Origin: an uncultured Nitrososphaerota archaeon
GTDB lineage: Archaea > Thermoproteota > Nitrososphaeria > Nitrososphaerales > Gagatemarchaeaceae
DNA length: 64,000 nt
NCBI GenBank assembly: GCA_963703285.1
Contig: OY969807.1
Coordinates: 928,001 to 992,000 of the forward strand
Direction of reading: 5' to 3'
Shown: positions 8,912-18,264 of the stretch, one piece after another
Position numbering within the stretch: the stretch's first letter is position 1
Layout of the letters: each line of letters starts with the position of its first letter
The notes under the pieces: model-generated
Told to the model about the DNA's origin: nothing
What the model saw: only the letters and a program-made list of their open reading frames with translations
Databases searched by the model: none
Program-made: the position numbers and the translations under genes

Positions 8912-10414
8912 ATGTCACCAGGCGCATCCTCCCCCGGCAGCGCGCCGACCGACGTGGTCGCGGTAGTCGGGGGCGGAATCTCGGGGCTCGCGACGGCGTA
9001 TTTCCTGCAAGAAGAAGCAACGAGGCTCGGGGTTCCGATCTCCATCGTCATCGTCGAAGGTGGTGAGAGGCTCGGCGGGAGGATCCTCAGCGAGAGGGTG
9101 GATGGCTTCGTGGTGGAGGCGGGACCCGATTCGTTCCTGACTTTGAAACCCGAGGCGGTGGACCTATGCCAGCGCCTCGGCCTGGGCGACTCCCTGGTGG
9201 GGACGGACCCCGCGCGATCGAAGGTGTATGTCATGTGCGGGGGAAAGCTGCGGAGGCTCCCCGACGGTCTCACGTCCGTGGTCCCAAGAAAGCTAACACC
9301 GTTTCTCTCGACGGACCTTCTTACGCCTCGGGGCAAGGCCAGGATGCTGCTGGATCTCGTCCTCCCGAGGAGGGGCGATTCTGGCGATGAGTCGCTGGCC
9401 GATTTCGTCGAGAGGCGATTCGGGCGAGAGGCCCTTGAGAGGATCGCCGAACCTCTCATGGCGGGCATATACGCGGGCAACTCATCGAAGCTGAGCATGG
9501 CCACGAACTTCCCCCAGCTAGTGCAGCTGGAGCAGGGCCACAGGAGCCTCATCCTCGGCGCCCTCTCGAGCGGACGGAAGGCTCGGCCCCAGGGGACCGG
9601 TCAGGGTCCCAGGCCGACATTCATGGCGCTCCGCGGCGGCCTGGAACTGATGGTCGAGGCGCTCACATCGCGGCTCGGGGAGACGAGAATCCTGACCGGA
9701 AGCAGGGCCGTAGGTCTAAGGATGGCCGAGGACGGCTACGAGCTCGGTCTGGATGACGGGAGGGTCGTCCGCGCCCAATCGGTCGTGCTCGCTACCCCAT
9801 CCTACGAGTCGGCCAGAATCCTGAAGCAGCTGAACCCGGCGGCCGCTTCCACACTTGAGAGCATACCGTATGTCTCCTCCGCGACGGTGTCCCTGGCCTA
9901 TGACGCGTCAAGCTTTCCCCATCCGCTGGACGGGACGGGGTTCGTGGTGGCGCCTTCGGAGGGGAGGAAGATAACCGCCTGCACGTGGGTCTCGTCAAAG
10001 TGGCCTCCGCACTCGCCCCCGGGTCGCGTGCTGCTGAGATGCTTCCTCGGAAGGGCCGACCACGAGGAGGTTCTTCTGTGTCGGGACGCCGAGCTGTGCG
10101 AGATAGCCCGGGACGAGCTGCGTTCGATACTGGGGGTAACCGAGAAGCCGGTCCTCGAGCGGGTGTACCGCTGCGATAGGTCGCTGCCGCAGTACAACCT
10201 GGGGCACTCTGACAGGCTCTTCGACCTGAAGGAGGAGATGGCCAGCCTGCCAGGGGTCTTCCTCACGGGAGCGGCGTACAGAGGGGTCGGTCTCCCTGAC
10301 TGCATCAAGCAAGGCGCACTGACTGCGGCGGGGGTCGTGGCCATGTTCGCCTCGAGACGCAAGGGTGCGGGCGAGCTGCCCGGCATCAGGAAGAGCCTTG
10401 CCCAGACGACGTAG
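8912..10414 (+). CDS. hemY: HemY-type coproporphyrinogen/protoporphyrinogen oxidase
   Basis: VVGGGISGL FAD motif, EAGPDSFL, EPLMAGIYAG, LPQYNLGH, YRGVGLPDCI; ATG at 8912 preferred over the 8681 ORF start. Confidence 0.92.
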   Translation: MSPGASSPGSAPTDVVAVVGGGISGLATAYFLQEEATRLGVPISIVIVEGGERLGGRILSERVDGFVVEAGPDSFLTLKPEAVDLCQRLGLGDSLVGTDPARSKVYVMCGGKLRRLPDGLTSVVPRKLTPFLSTDLLTPRGKARMLLDLVLPRRGDSGDESLADFVERRFGREALERIAEPLMAGIYAGNSSKLSMATNFPQLVQLEQGHRSLILGALSSGRKARPQGTGQGPRPTFMALRGGLELMVEALTSRLGETRILTGSRAVGLRMAEDGYELGLDDGRVVRAQSVVLATPSYESARILKQLNPAAASTLESIPYVSSATVSLAYDASSFPHPLDGTGFVVAPSEGRKITACTWVSSKWPPHSPPGRVLLRCFLGRADHEEVLLCRDAELCEIARDELRSILGVTEKPVLERVYRCDRSLPQYNLGHSDRLFDLKEEMASLPGVFLTGAAYRGVGLPDCIKQGALTAAGVVAMFASRRKGAGELPGIRKSLAQTT

Positions 10415-10444
10415 CGCCCGATGGATGCCCTCCGCGAGGACCGG

Positions 10445-11722
10445 CTACTCCGACTTGGGCGTCACTGCCACGGGGTAGTGATGGACCGGCGGGGGCGGCG
10501 AAAGCGAGGGGAAGAGGGCTATCCCATACTCTTCGTAGGCGTCTCTCCTCCACTTGCCCGTGTAGATGTCATAGGTCTTGACCGAGATCTGGTTTGCTCC
10601 GGTATCGAAGGTCAGTATCGTGACCGTGGCTCCGCCGACCCTGTCTGAATCGAGGGTCGTGTCATCCGAATCGTCCGCGCCCCGGCCGGTGAGCGAATCG
10701 GGCATGTCCCTGCAATCCTGGCGGTCGAACATCAGCATGTTGCGATTCCATATCGGGTTGGGTGTGTTGAAGCCTTCGTCGGTGGCAAAGTGTCCGTTGA
10801 GTGTGAGGAACACGTTGGACGAGTGCGCGTTGAGGATGTTCGTCAGGCCGTTGACAAAATCGGCCAGGGTTGACCCCCACCTCGGGTCGTCGATGCTCCC
10901 CCATGCGTCTATGTACGCGTGGGGCGCGACTATGACCTTGTGGCGGGCGTAGGCAGGGTCGCTCAGGATGCTCTCAGCCCACGCGAGCACAGTATCGTCT
11001 CCATTCCACTCGAGGTTGATCACGAGGAAGTCGAGGCCGTTCGCTGAGAAGGTCATCGCGGTGTTCATGCCGTCGTGGTGGTCGCCCACCCAGTGGGTGT
11101 AGCCCAATGAGTTGATCACAGGCGCGACCGTCGGCGGATCGAAGGACTCCGTCCAGAGGTTCCCGCTCCAGCCGGAAGTCGGGTCTCCGCCGACGAAGTC
11201 GTCGTGGTTCCCGGCGCACCAGCTGTAAGGGATTTTGTTGCTCGTGAGTATCGACATGGCCTCGTCAGCGTTCTGCCACTCCAATCGGGTGGCGCCTGTC
11301 TCGACGACGTCGCCCGTGTGTATCACCAGCTTGCCGCTGTAAGCGGTCCAATTGTCCACTATCCAGCTGGTCAGCATCCTGTAGAGCGCCGGGTTCGACT
11401 CCGAGAGAAACTGCGTGTCGGTAATCCAGAATATGGAGAAACTGCCAGCCGGCACGAGGGGGGTCGACGAGACCGTCCCGCCCGAGGGAGAACCCTGAGT
11501 GGTCGACTGGGCGGTCGTCAGGGAGGTCGACTGTGAGACGCCCGTGTTGGCGGTTGCTGAAGCAGTCGTGGTGACGGCGGACGCGGCTCCGCCAGGCTTC
11601 AGGAACGTGTCCGCCGCGTAGGCCAGGCCTGCCCCTACTGCGGCGACGGCGATTGCGGCGCCGGCCACCTTGACGAATCGTCTTCTCGGGATCTTCTCTC
11701 CGCCGCTCTCCGGTCGCGACAT
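10445..11722 (-). CDS. Tat-exported calcineurin-like metallophosphoesterase
   Basis: PRRRFVK plus hydrophobic signal, Ser/Thr linker, DTQ, HTGD, AGNHD, PHAY, NGH motifs. Confidence 0.8.
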   Translation of the reverse strand: MSRPESGGEKIPRRRFVKVAGAAIAVAAVGAGLAYAADTFLKPGGAASAVTTTASATANTGVSQSTSLTTAQSTTQGSPSGGTVSSTPLVPAGSFSIFWITDTQFLSESNPALYRMLTSWIVDNWTAYSGKLVIHTGDVVETGATRLEWQNADEAMSILTSNKIPYSWCAGNHDDFVGGDPTSGWSGNLWTESFDPPTVAPVINSLGYTHWVGDHHDGMNTAMTFSANGLDFLVINLEWNGDDTVLAWAESILSDPAYARHKVIVAPHAYIDAWGSIDDPRWGSTLADFVNGLTNILNAHSSNVFLTLNGHFATDEGFNTPNPIWNRNMLMFDRQDCRDMPDSLTGRGADDSDDTTLDSDRVGGATVTILTFDTGANQISVKTYDIYTGKWRRDAYEEYGIALFPSLSPPPPVHHYPVAVTPKSE

Positions 11723-11935
11723 GGTGACAACCGGTAAGAGGGCCAGCCTATTACACGTAATAAAGCTAACGACGTTAACTGTAACATTAACTCCGAATAG
11801 TGCATTAAACCGCTACCCCAATCAGTTGGGGACCCCTCGAAACCGAGCGCCCGAGCGAAAAACATTAGGGGCCCGAATAGATTCGGGTAATTAGAGATAT
11901 ATTCGGCTCGCAATGCTCCCGTCAAGTGGTCTAGG

Positions 11936-12451
11936 TTGGATTTCTCAAGAGATGTGACTAGCGCCAGGAAGCGCGCAATAAGTGGGACCTCAATCGCCGG
12001 TGTGGTCCTCCTCGTAGTGGTCCTTGTGGTCGGGGCGGCTTACCTCTTTGCGAACCCCCCGGCGTCTGGAGCGACGGCTTCGTCAGGTCAGTACACCTTC
12101 ACAAACTACGGCCAAGTGACTTCGCCATCGACGGCTAGCACTTCAGCAGCGCCCACCTCTCCGACGATCACTGACGTGTACATACCCAACGACAATGGAT
12201 ACCCGTTCGCCCCGTTCCAGCCCCAGGTCGTAACTGTGGTCATAGGCGTCAACAACACGGTGGAATGGATCAACCAGGACGTTCTGGTCCACGACGTCAT
12301 CTCCAACGGCGGCTTCTTCGCCTCAGGGGATCTGACTCCGTTGACGGGGACCTACCAATTCACCTTCACACAGGCCGGGACCTACCCATACTACTGCTCT
12401 TACCATCCCAGCCACACGGGCGTGGTAGTTGTCCTGAACGCGGCCAGCTAA
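11936..12451 (+). CDS. Membrane-anchored plastocyanin/azurin-like cupredoxin
   Basis: N-terminal RKRAIS plus TM helix; VEWIN..HDV and YYCSYHPSHTG copper-site motifs. Confidence 0.8.
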   Translation: MDFSRDVTSARKRAISGTSIAGVVLLVVVLVVGAAYLFANPPASGATASSGQYTFTNYGQVTSPSTASTSAAPTSPTITDVYIPNDNGYPFAPFQPQVVTVVIGVNNTVEWINQDVLVHDVISNGGFFASGDLTPLTGTYQFTFTQAGTYPYYCSYHPSHTGVVVVLNAAS

Positions 12452-12606
12452 AACCCCAGGTCGACGCTTCGCGGGCGGTCACAGGCCACCCATGTTGGGA
12501 GAATGACACCGCCTAGCGGAGCTGAGGGAACGGCAGGAGTGGGCAGAAGCAGGGACCCGCATGGCGGATGCTGGCTCCTCCGTCTGCCGAAAACGTTGGA
12601 GAACCT

Positions 12607-12858
12607 TCAGGCGCTGCTTGCCTTAGCCTTGTAAGCCTGGGCGCACTCCCTGGCGTGGAAGGTCATCTCCTTCTTTCCTATCGTCTCCACGTAGGGCTCG
12701 TAGACTATGGCGCCGCCGCAATAACCGCATTTCCGCGCCTTGAAGGCCACGGCGCACTGCTTGGCATGGAACTTGTACTTCTTTCCTCCGATGGTCTCTG
12801 TATACGGTTCGTATGCTATGATGCCACCACAGAAACTGCACTTCGGCTCTTTTGCCAT
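12607..12858 (-). CDS. Small protein with two tandem TRASH/YHS-like metal-binding repeats
   Basis: two repeats of CxxCGG.I.YEPY.ETIG.K...FHA..CA.A(F/Y)KA; ATG at 12858. Confidence 0.7.
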   Translation of the reverse strand: MAKEPKCSFCGGIIAYEPYTETIGGKKYKFHAKQCAVAFKARKCGYCGGAIVYEPYVETIGKKEMTFHARECAQAYKAKASSA

Positions 12859-13028
12859 TGCGTATCGCGTCACCGGCACCACAGGTTCGAGCATATAAGG
12901 ATGAACGAGCTCCTTGAGCCCCAAAGTCAGTCAGGGCATCAGTGAGCGAGCCCCGCCGTCCGCTGGCGCGCGCACGGTCTTATACCGGCGACGGCCTCTG
13001 CGAGGGGCTGTAGCCGCTCGGTGAGAAT

Positions 13029-13493
13029 ATGGAGGAGAATCGGAATCCGGAAAGCCATACGTGGTCGGTGCGTGTCCGCCGCGTTGATGACCTCGAGTCG
13101 CGGGCCTACGCAGGAAAGAACGCCTTCTCGGTAGGGAAGCAGGCGAGCTTCTCGGGAGAGGAGGCGCTCCCGACCGCGGTGGAGTATCTCCTGGGCGCCC
13201 TAGGAGCGGACATGCTCAGCGGCTTTCAGCGTCAGGCGGCCAAGCGCGGCATAGCCATCCAGGGGGCTGAGATGGTAGTTTCGGGTCGCCTGGACAATCC
13301 TCTGGTCTTTCTCGGAGTGATCGGCGCGGAGGGCAAGCCAAGTTTCGCTTCGATCACCGCGACCTTCTACGTGGGCGCCGACGCCGACGAGCCCGTGCTG
13401 GAGGAGGCGTGGCGCGCCACAATCGCCCTCTCTCCTCTGGCCAGCACGCTGGAACGCTGCATTCCGCTCAAGCTCAGCATGCAGTTGACGTGA
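13029..13493 (+). CDS. OsmC/Ohr-fold protein lacking the canonical cysteines
   Basis: PTAVEYLLGALGAD and LSPLASTL occupy the positions of the OsmC Cys motifs. Confidence 0.7.
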   Translation: MEENRNPESHTWSVRVRRVDDLESRAYAGKNAFSVGKQASFSGEEALPTAVEYLLGALGADMLSGFQRQAAKRGIAIQGAEMVVSGRLDNPLVFLGVIGAEGKPSFASITATFYVGADADEPVLEEAWRATIALSPLASTLERCIPLKLSMQLT

Positions 13494-13662
13494 AAAACCC
13501 CCGGCCCAGCCCGTCGTGTTGCAACCACAAGCAGATGCGAAGACGCCCGCCGCGAATCTTTCGCCAATCTCGGACCGACCCTGCAAGAACTCGACTTCAG
13601 ATGGCACTTCTCTGCGCCTAGTGAGAGCTTTATAATAGGGTAAGCAGAATAGGTTACGTAAC

Positions 13663-14823
13663 ATGTCAGCATATCGATTGAATGCGAATCAGATGGCGGT
13701 GGTAGAGAAGGCGAGGAAGATCGCCGACGAGGACATCGCGCCGCACGCAGGGGAAGTGGACGCAGAGGGCCGCTTCCCCAAGGAGGGGATGGAGGCGCTA
13801 GGACGTGCAGGCTTCCTCGGTCTCAACATCCCGAAGGAGAAGGGGGGCATGGGCCAGGGCCTGCGCGTGGCGGCCGCGGTGCTTGACGAGATTGCCCAGA
13901 GGGACGCCTCCCTCGCAATGGTCTACAAGATGCACCTCTGCGGGTGCTCCGCTTATGTCGCATTTCCACAGGTCGGCGAGAAGTATTTCCCCCAGGTCGT
14001 CGCCGGAAAGCACCTCTCCACTCTTGCCTGGAGCGAGTATGGATCCCGCAGCCACTTCTGGGCGCCCGCAAGTCAGGCCGCCGAGAGGGACGGTCAAGTC
14101 GTGCTCAACGCTCAGAAGTCCTGGGTGACCTCGGCCGGCGTGGCCGACGGGTACATCGTCTCCACCCGCACGGCGGGAGGCACGGGAGCCACGGACACCA
14201 TGCTTTACCTGGTCCTGAAAGAAGACGGGGGGATGCGCGTCTCAGGCAAGTGGAACGGATTAGGGATGCGCGGAAACGCCAGCAACCCTATGGTACTGGA
14301 GAACTGCGCCATCCCGGCCGACCGGGCGCTCTGCAAGAAGAGCGAGGGGTTCCCTACCATGCTCGGGGTGGTCCTGCCCTGGTTCAACCTGGGAAACGAG
14401 GCGATATCGGTGGGTATAGCCGAGGCCGCCGTGGCTGCGACGACGACACACCTCACTGCGAGGCGGTTCTCGGACATGAACAACGCGCCCCTGTCAGACC
14501 TGCCCACCCTGCGGGCGAGGCTGGCGCAGATGCGAATATTCACAGACACCGCGCGGGCCCATCTCGTCTCTGTGATCGACTCCGTCGAGCAACCCGGCCC
14601 CCAGACGACGCTGTTGGTCCTCGAGTCCAAGGCCGTCGGCGCTGATGCAGCCCTCAACGTTACAGACTTGGCCATGAAGGCCTGTGGCGGCGCGGCCTTC
14701 AGCAAGCAACTCACCCTCGACCGAAACTTTCGTGACGCAAGGGCAGGGTACGTGATGGGCCCAACCTCGGACGTCCTGCAGGAGTTCATAGGCAGGGCAC
14801 TCACGGGGATGCAGCTGTTCTAG
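13663..14823 (+). CDS. Acyl-CoA dehydrogenase-fold flavoprotein (possibly a monooxygenase)
   Basis: GRFPKE, TLAWSE, KSWVTS, GLGMRGNAS, ACGGAAF, RNFRDAR; TATA-like TTTATAA about 30 nt upstream. Confidence 0.88.
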   Translation: MSAYRLNANQMAVVEKARKIADEDIAPHAGEVDAEGRFPKEGMEALGRAGFLGLNIPKEKGGMGQGLRVAAAVLDEIAQRDASLAMVYKMHLCGCSAYVAFPQVGEKYFPQVVAGKHLSTLAWSEYGSRSHFWAPASQAAERDGQVVLNAQKSWVTSAGVADGYIVSTRTAGGTGATDTMLYLVLKEDGGMRVSGKWNGLGMRGNASNPMVLENCAIPADRALCKKSEGFPTMLGVVLPWFNLGNEAISVGIAEAAVAATTTHLTARRFSDMNNAPLSDLPTLRARLAQMRIFTDTARAHLVSVIDSVEQPGPQTTLLVLESKAVGADAALNVTDLAMKACGGAAFSKQLTLDRNFRDARAGYVMGPTSDVLQEFIGRALTGMQLF

Positions 14824-14840
14824 GCCGGACGGCGACGCCG

Positions 14841-15668
14841 ATGAGCGCGCGAACCCGCGTGGGGGCGGTGGTCTACGACCCCAGGGTCGTGACCATATGG
14901 GACATCGTCAAGGGCTTCTTCGCCTCCCGGGGGTACGCGATGGACTGCGAGTTCTACGACACCTACGAGCTGATGACGGACGCCCTGCTGAATGGCAGCA
15001 TACAGATAGCATGGAACTCGCCCCTGGCTTGGGTGGACGTGGTCAGACGGACTCACGGTGGCTGTAGGGCCATCGCGATGCGCGATACTGACAGGGACAG
15101 GAGGACGTACTTCGTCGCACTGAGAAGTAGCGGCATGGAGAGGGTTGAGGACATTCGGGGGAAGGTCCTGGCGACCGGAGCGCGGGATTCACCGCAGTCC
15201 TACCTGATACCGCTACATCAGCTGTCGCAGCGGGGCCTCGTGGCGGACCGCGACTTCAAGGTTCGCCGCTTCGACCTGCTGGTGGGGAAGCACGGCGACC
15301 ACGTCGGTGGGGAGCTGGAGGCTCTGCGAAGCGTCCAGCGAGGCGAGAGCGACGCCTGTGCGGTCCTCGACCTCAACTGGGCACGGTGGCAGTCGGACGG
15401 GACGGCTGACCCTTCCGCCCTGGTCCCGTTGGGCACGACCGACCCCTTCGACCACTGCAACTTCAGCGTCCTATCGGCCTTCCCCGCCCACGAGGAATCG
15501 GGGTGGACGAAGACGCTGTTCTCAATGAGATATGACGTGCCTTCACACCGCGAGATGATGGACCTCGAAGGGCTGAAGGCCTGGCTCCCTGGCCGGACCT
15601 CCGGCTACTCCGCGCTTAGCGGCGCCGTCGAGGAACAGAATTTCTTCGGGGATAGCCTAGGTCGATGA
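14841..15668 (+). CDS. PhnD/SsuA-like PBP2-fold protein without signal peptide
   Basis: IQIAWNSPLAWV, LATGARDSPQSYLIP, DACAV; no hydrophobic N-terminus. Confidence 0.75.
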   Translation: MSARTRVGAVVYDPRVVTIWDIVKGFFASRGYAMDCEFYDTYELMTDALLNGSIQIAWNSPLAWVDVVRRTHGGCRAIAMRDTDRDRRTYFVALRSSGMERVEDIRGKVLATGARDSPQSYLIPLHQLSQRGLVADRDFKVRRFDLLVGKHGDHVGGELEALRSVQRGESDACAVLDLNWARWQSDGTADPSALVPLGTTDPFDHCNFSVLSAFPAHEESGWTKTLFSMRYDVPSHREMMDLEGLKAWLPGRTSGYSALSGAVEEQNFFGDSLGR

Positions 15669-16825
15669 CCAGGGACCGCCTCTTCCCCGTGACGGTGGTG
15701 GGCAGCTGGCCCCGTACCCCCCGAGTCCTGCAGGCGCTGCGGCGGAGGCAGATGGGAGCAATCCCGGAAGAGGCTTTCGACCTGGTGGCCGACGAGGCCG
15801 TGCTCGAAGCCCTCGAGTCGCAGGAGGCGGCGGGTATCGACATTGTCACGGACGGGGAGCAAAGGCGGGACAACTTCTATTCGTTCGTGGCGGGGAAGCT
15901 GGACGGCGTGAGGCTGATGACGCTCGCAGAGATGCTCGAGGTGGTCGAGGACAAGGCCGCCTTCGAGCGAATCCTACAGACTCTCGACGTCCCCGCCTTT
16001 ACGATGAGCACGGCGACGTGCGTCGGCGCGATAAAGCGGCGTCGGGCTCTCGCCCTCGAGGAATACAGGTTCCTTCGGAAGCACACGTCTCGTCAGATCA
16101 AGGTAACATTGCCCGGGCCGTACCTCCTGACACGGTCCATGTGGGTGAAGGAGCTCTCCCCGGGGGCATACGACTCGAAGGAGGATCTAGGGGAGGACGT
16201 CGTTCGCATCCTCAGGGAGGAGGTCTTCGCGCTCAGAGACGCAGGAGTGGACTTCATCCAGTTCGACGAGCCGGTCCTGACCGAACTCGTCTTCACGCAG
16301 GGTCAGACGCGCACATTCATGTGCGCGGCCCTCGCGGCCCGCCACGACCCCGCGGAGGAGCTCGAGTTTGCGACACGCCTCATGAATCGGGTCGTCGAGG
16401 GGCTCGACGGGGTGCGGGTCGGAATCCACATCTGCCGGGGGAACTGGAGCCGGAACGAGGACGTCCTCCTGAAGGGGTCTTATGCTCCACTCGTTCCCTA
16501 TCTCAAACGAATGAACGTGCGGCAATTCGTCCTCGAGTTCGCAACTCCGAGGGCGGGGGGGCTGGAGTCCGTCGCAGAGGTGCTCGAGGGAAGGGAGCTC
16601 GGGCTGGGAGTGGTCAACCCGCGCACACAGAACGTGGAATCGCCGGAGGAGATTGTTCAGAGGGCGCGGGAGGCCCTACGCTACGTGCCGGAGGAGCGGC
16701 TGTTCCTCAACCCCGACTGCGGGTTCGGGACCTTCTCGCGCAGGTCCCTCAACACCCCGGAGGTCGCAACCAAGAAGCTCGCGGCCATCGTGCTGGCGGC
16801 CGAGATGCTCAGGGCTGGGGCGTGA
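15665..16825 (+). CDS. Cobalamin-independent methionine synthase II (core MetE-like) family protein
   Basis: VVGSWPR, TDGEQRR, IQFDEP, Zn ligands HICRGN / LEF / NPDCGF. Confidence 0.88.
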   Translation: MTRDRLFPVTVVGSWPRTPRVLQALRRRQMGAIPEEAFDLVADEAVLEALESQEAAGIDIVTDGEQRRDNFYSFVAGKLDGVRLMTLAEMLEVVEDKAAFERILQTLDVPAFTMSTATCVGAIKRRRALALEEYRFLRKHTSRQIKVTLPGPYLLTRSMWVKELSPGAYDSKEDLGEDVVRILREEVFALRDAGVDFIQFDEPVLTELVFTQGQTRTFMCAALAARHDPAEELEFATRLMNRVVEGLDGVRVGIHICRGNWSRNEDVLLKGSYAPLVPYLKRMNVRQFVLEFATPRAGGLESVAEVLEGRELGLGVVNPRTQNVESPEEIVQRAREALRYVPEERLFLNPDCGFGTFSRRSLNTPEVATKKLAAIVLAAEMLRAGA

Positions 16826-16869
16826 AGGTCCGAGCCGAATCGAGATTCGAAAACTGGTCTGGAGCGGAG

Positions 16870-17529
16870 TCAGCGCCTGGGTGCCCTGCGCGGCTTCCCC
16901 ACGTGGTCCGCCACGATCTTGCCCTCCGCCCGCCGCAGGACTTCGTCCAGGGTGGATGGGGAGATGCCCAGCTTCTGGGAGACGTCCTTCAGGCTTGTCT
17001 CGCGCGGGAAGCGGTAGTATCCATCCTCCTCGGCCAAGCCGATGGCCCGCTCCTGCTCATAGGTCAGAGAACGACTCCCTGTCTGCTTCCCGACCTCCGT
17101 GACCGTCGCGGCTATACCGTCACGTTTGAGCTCGGCCATGAAGCTCTTGACTGAGATCTTGCCGGGGAAGACCACCTGCCATCTGGTCGCTTTGTCTTCT
17201 CCCGGGACGGCGACCATGGCGCAGTTCGTGCAGAAGCCCATCATCGACGATAGCGCCCTGCACACGGGGGAGGTCTTTGTGACTATTATCCCCGATGCCC
17301 TGTGCTTATCGAACACGGTGAAGCTGGTGTAGAGTATGTTAGGCTCGGCGCTTATGAGCCTGAGCACGTCCTTCACCGAGACGTGGCTCGTGATCTCTAT
17401 GAGCTCTATCATCCCCTTGCGACCATATGGGCGACAATCGACCATCTTGATGACAGCATTGGTTTTGCTCAGGACGGACGCAGCCCATTTGTCTACCTCG
17501 TCCTCAGCCTCGATCGTGACTTCTTTCAA
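16870..17529 (-). CDS. Bat/HTH-10 family transcriptional regulator
   Basis: C-terminal LTYEQ..AI.LA.E.GYYRFPRETSL.DVS.KLGISPSTL.E.LRRAE.KI. Confidence 0.85.
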   Translation of the reverse strand: MKEVTIEAEDEVDKWAASVLSKTNAVIKMVDCRPYGRKGMIELIEITSHVSVKDVLRLISAEPNILYTSFTVFDKHRASGIIVTKTSPVCRALSSMMGFCTNCAMVAVPGEDKATRWQVVFPGKISVKSFMAELKRDGIAATVTEVGKQTGSRSLTYEQERAIGLAEEDGYYRFPRETSLKDVSQKLGISPSTLDEVLRRAEGKIVADHVGKPRRAPRR

Positions 17530-17850
17530 GCGAGGGACCCACCAACCCCCTTCCCACTGGCCTTACTAACGTTCGCGCACACGCGGACACCGCCGTTGTG
17601 GTGATTCGACTTGCTCAATGAGGGTCCGGGGCCTGTTGAGAGGGTGGTGTCGGGAATCGTATAAAAACCCATCCCCAACAGATTGGGGGTCGTTCTTGCC
17701 GGACCGCAGAATGATTCCTGGATGAACTGCCCGCGAAGCGCCGAGCAGGTGCGGCCCCAGGGTATCTCCGGCCATCGGCAGAGGGTCGTGGTTCTCGGGG
17801 CACGAGGGGAAGAACAAGGAGGGACGCTAACCCCAGCAGAGTACCCCTTT

Positions 17851-18264
17851 TTACACTATGGACAGGTAACCCTTCCCTACGTCGACGGTGAGCTTGAAGT
17901 TCTTCAGGAATGACCGTCCGAGCACGAAGTCGAACGTGATGTGGCGAGGGTGCTCAAGCTCGAGGACGACGGCGTCCACGTTCCTCGCAACGAGGGGCCC
18001 TAGGGACACCCTGTTGAGGAAGACGTGGATTCCTCTGTCTATACCACGCATGCTCGTGAACCTGGTCACAAACTGCGGACGTGCCCTCTCCTCTTCCGGG
18101 TGCTTGTTTGCCGCCTCGGGGTAACCGAGGTCTATGGCATCCTGGTTGATTATGGTGCAGTATGGCGAGTTGAAGTCGAAGACACAGCTGAGCTCCCTTA
18201 CCGCGCCCCTCTCCCCCTCCACCCGGGCGCTCACAAGCATGGGGTCTTTTAGGGCGAACTTCAA
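17851..18264 (-). CDS. Retropepsin-like (clan AA) aspartic protease homolog with degenerate DFNS motif
   Basis: CVFDFNSPYCTI in place of DTG; DFVLGRSFL C-terminal motif; paralog of the upstream gene. Confidence 0.75.
   Translation of the reverse strand: MKFALKDPMLVSARVEGERGAVRELSCVFDFNSPYCTIINQDAIDLGYPEAANKHPEEERARPQFVTRFTSMRGIDRGIHVFLNRVSLGPLVARNVDAVVLELEHPRHITFDFVLGRSFLKNFKLTVDVGKGYLSIV

Noticed and set aside
14841-15668. Phosphonate ABC transport system
   Set aside because: No signal peptide, permease or ATPase in the locus
17530-17670. Riboswitch-like long leader upstream of the HTH-10 regulator
   Set aside because: Only a 6-bp terminal pairing (GGACCC/GGGTCC) is visible, which is expected by chance at this GC; no known aptamer motif
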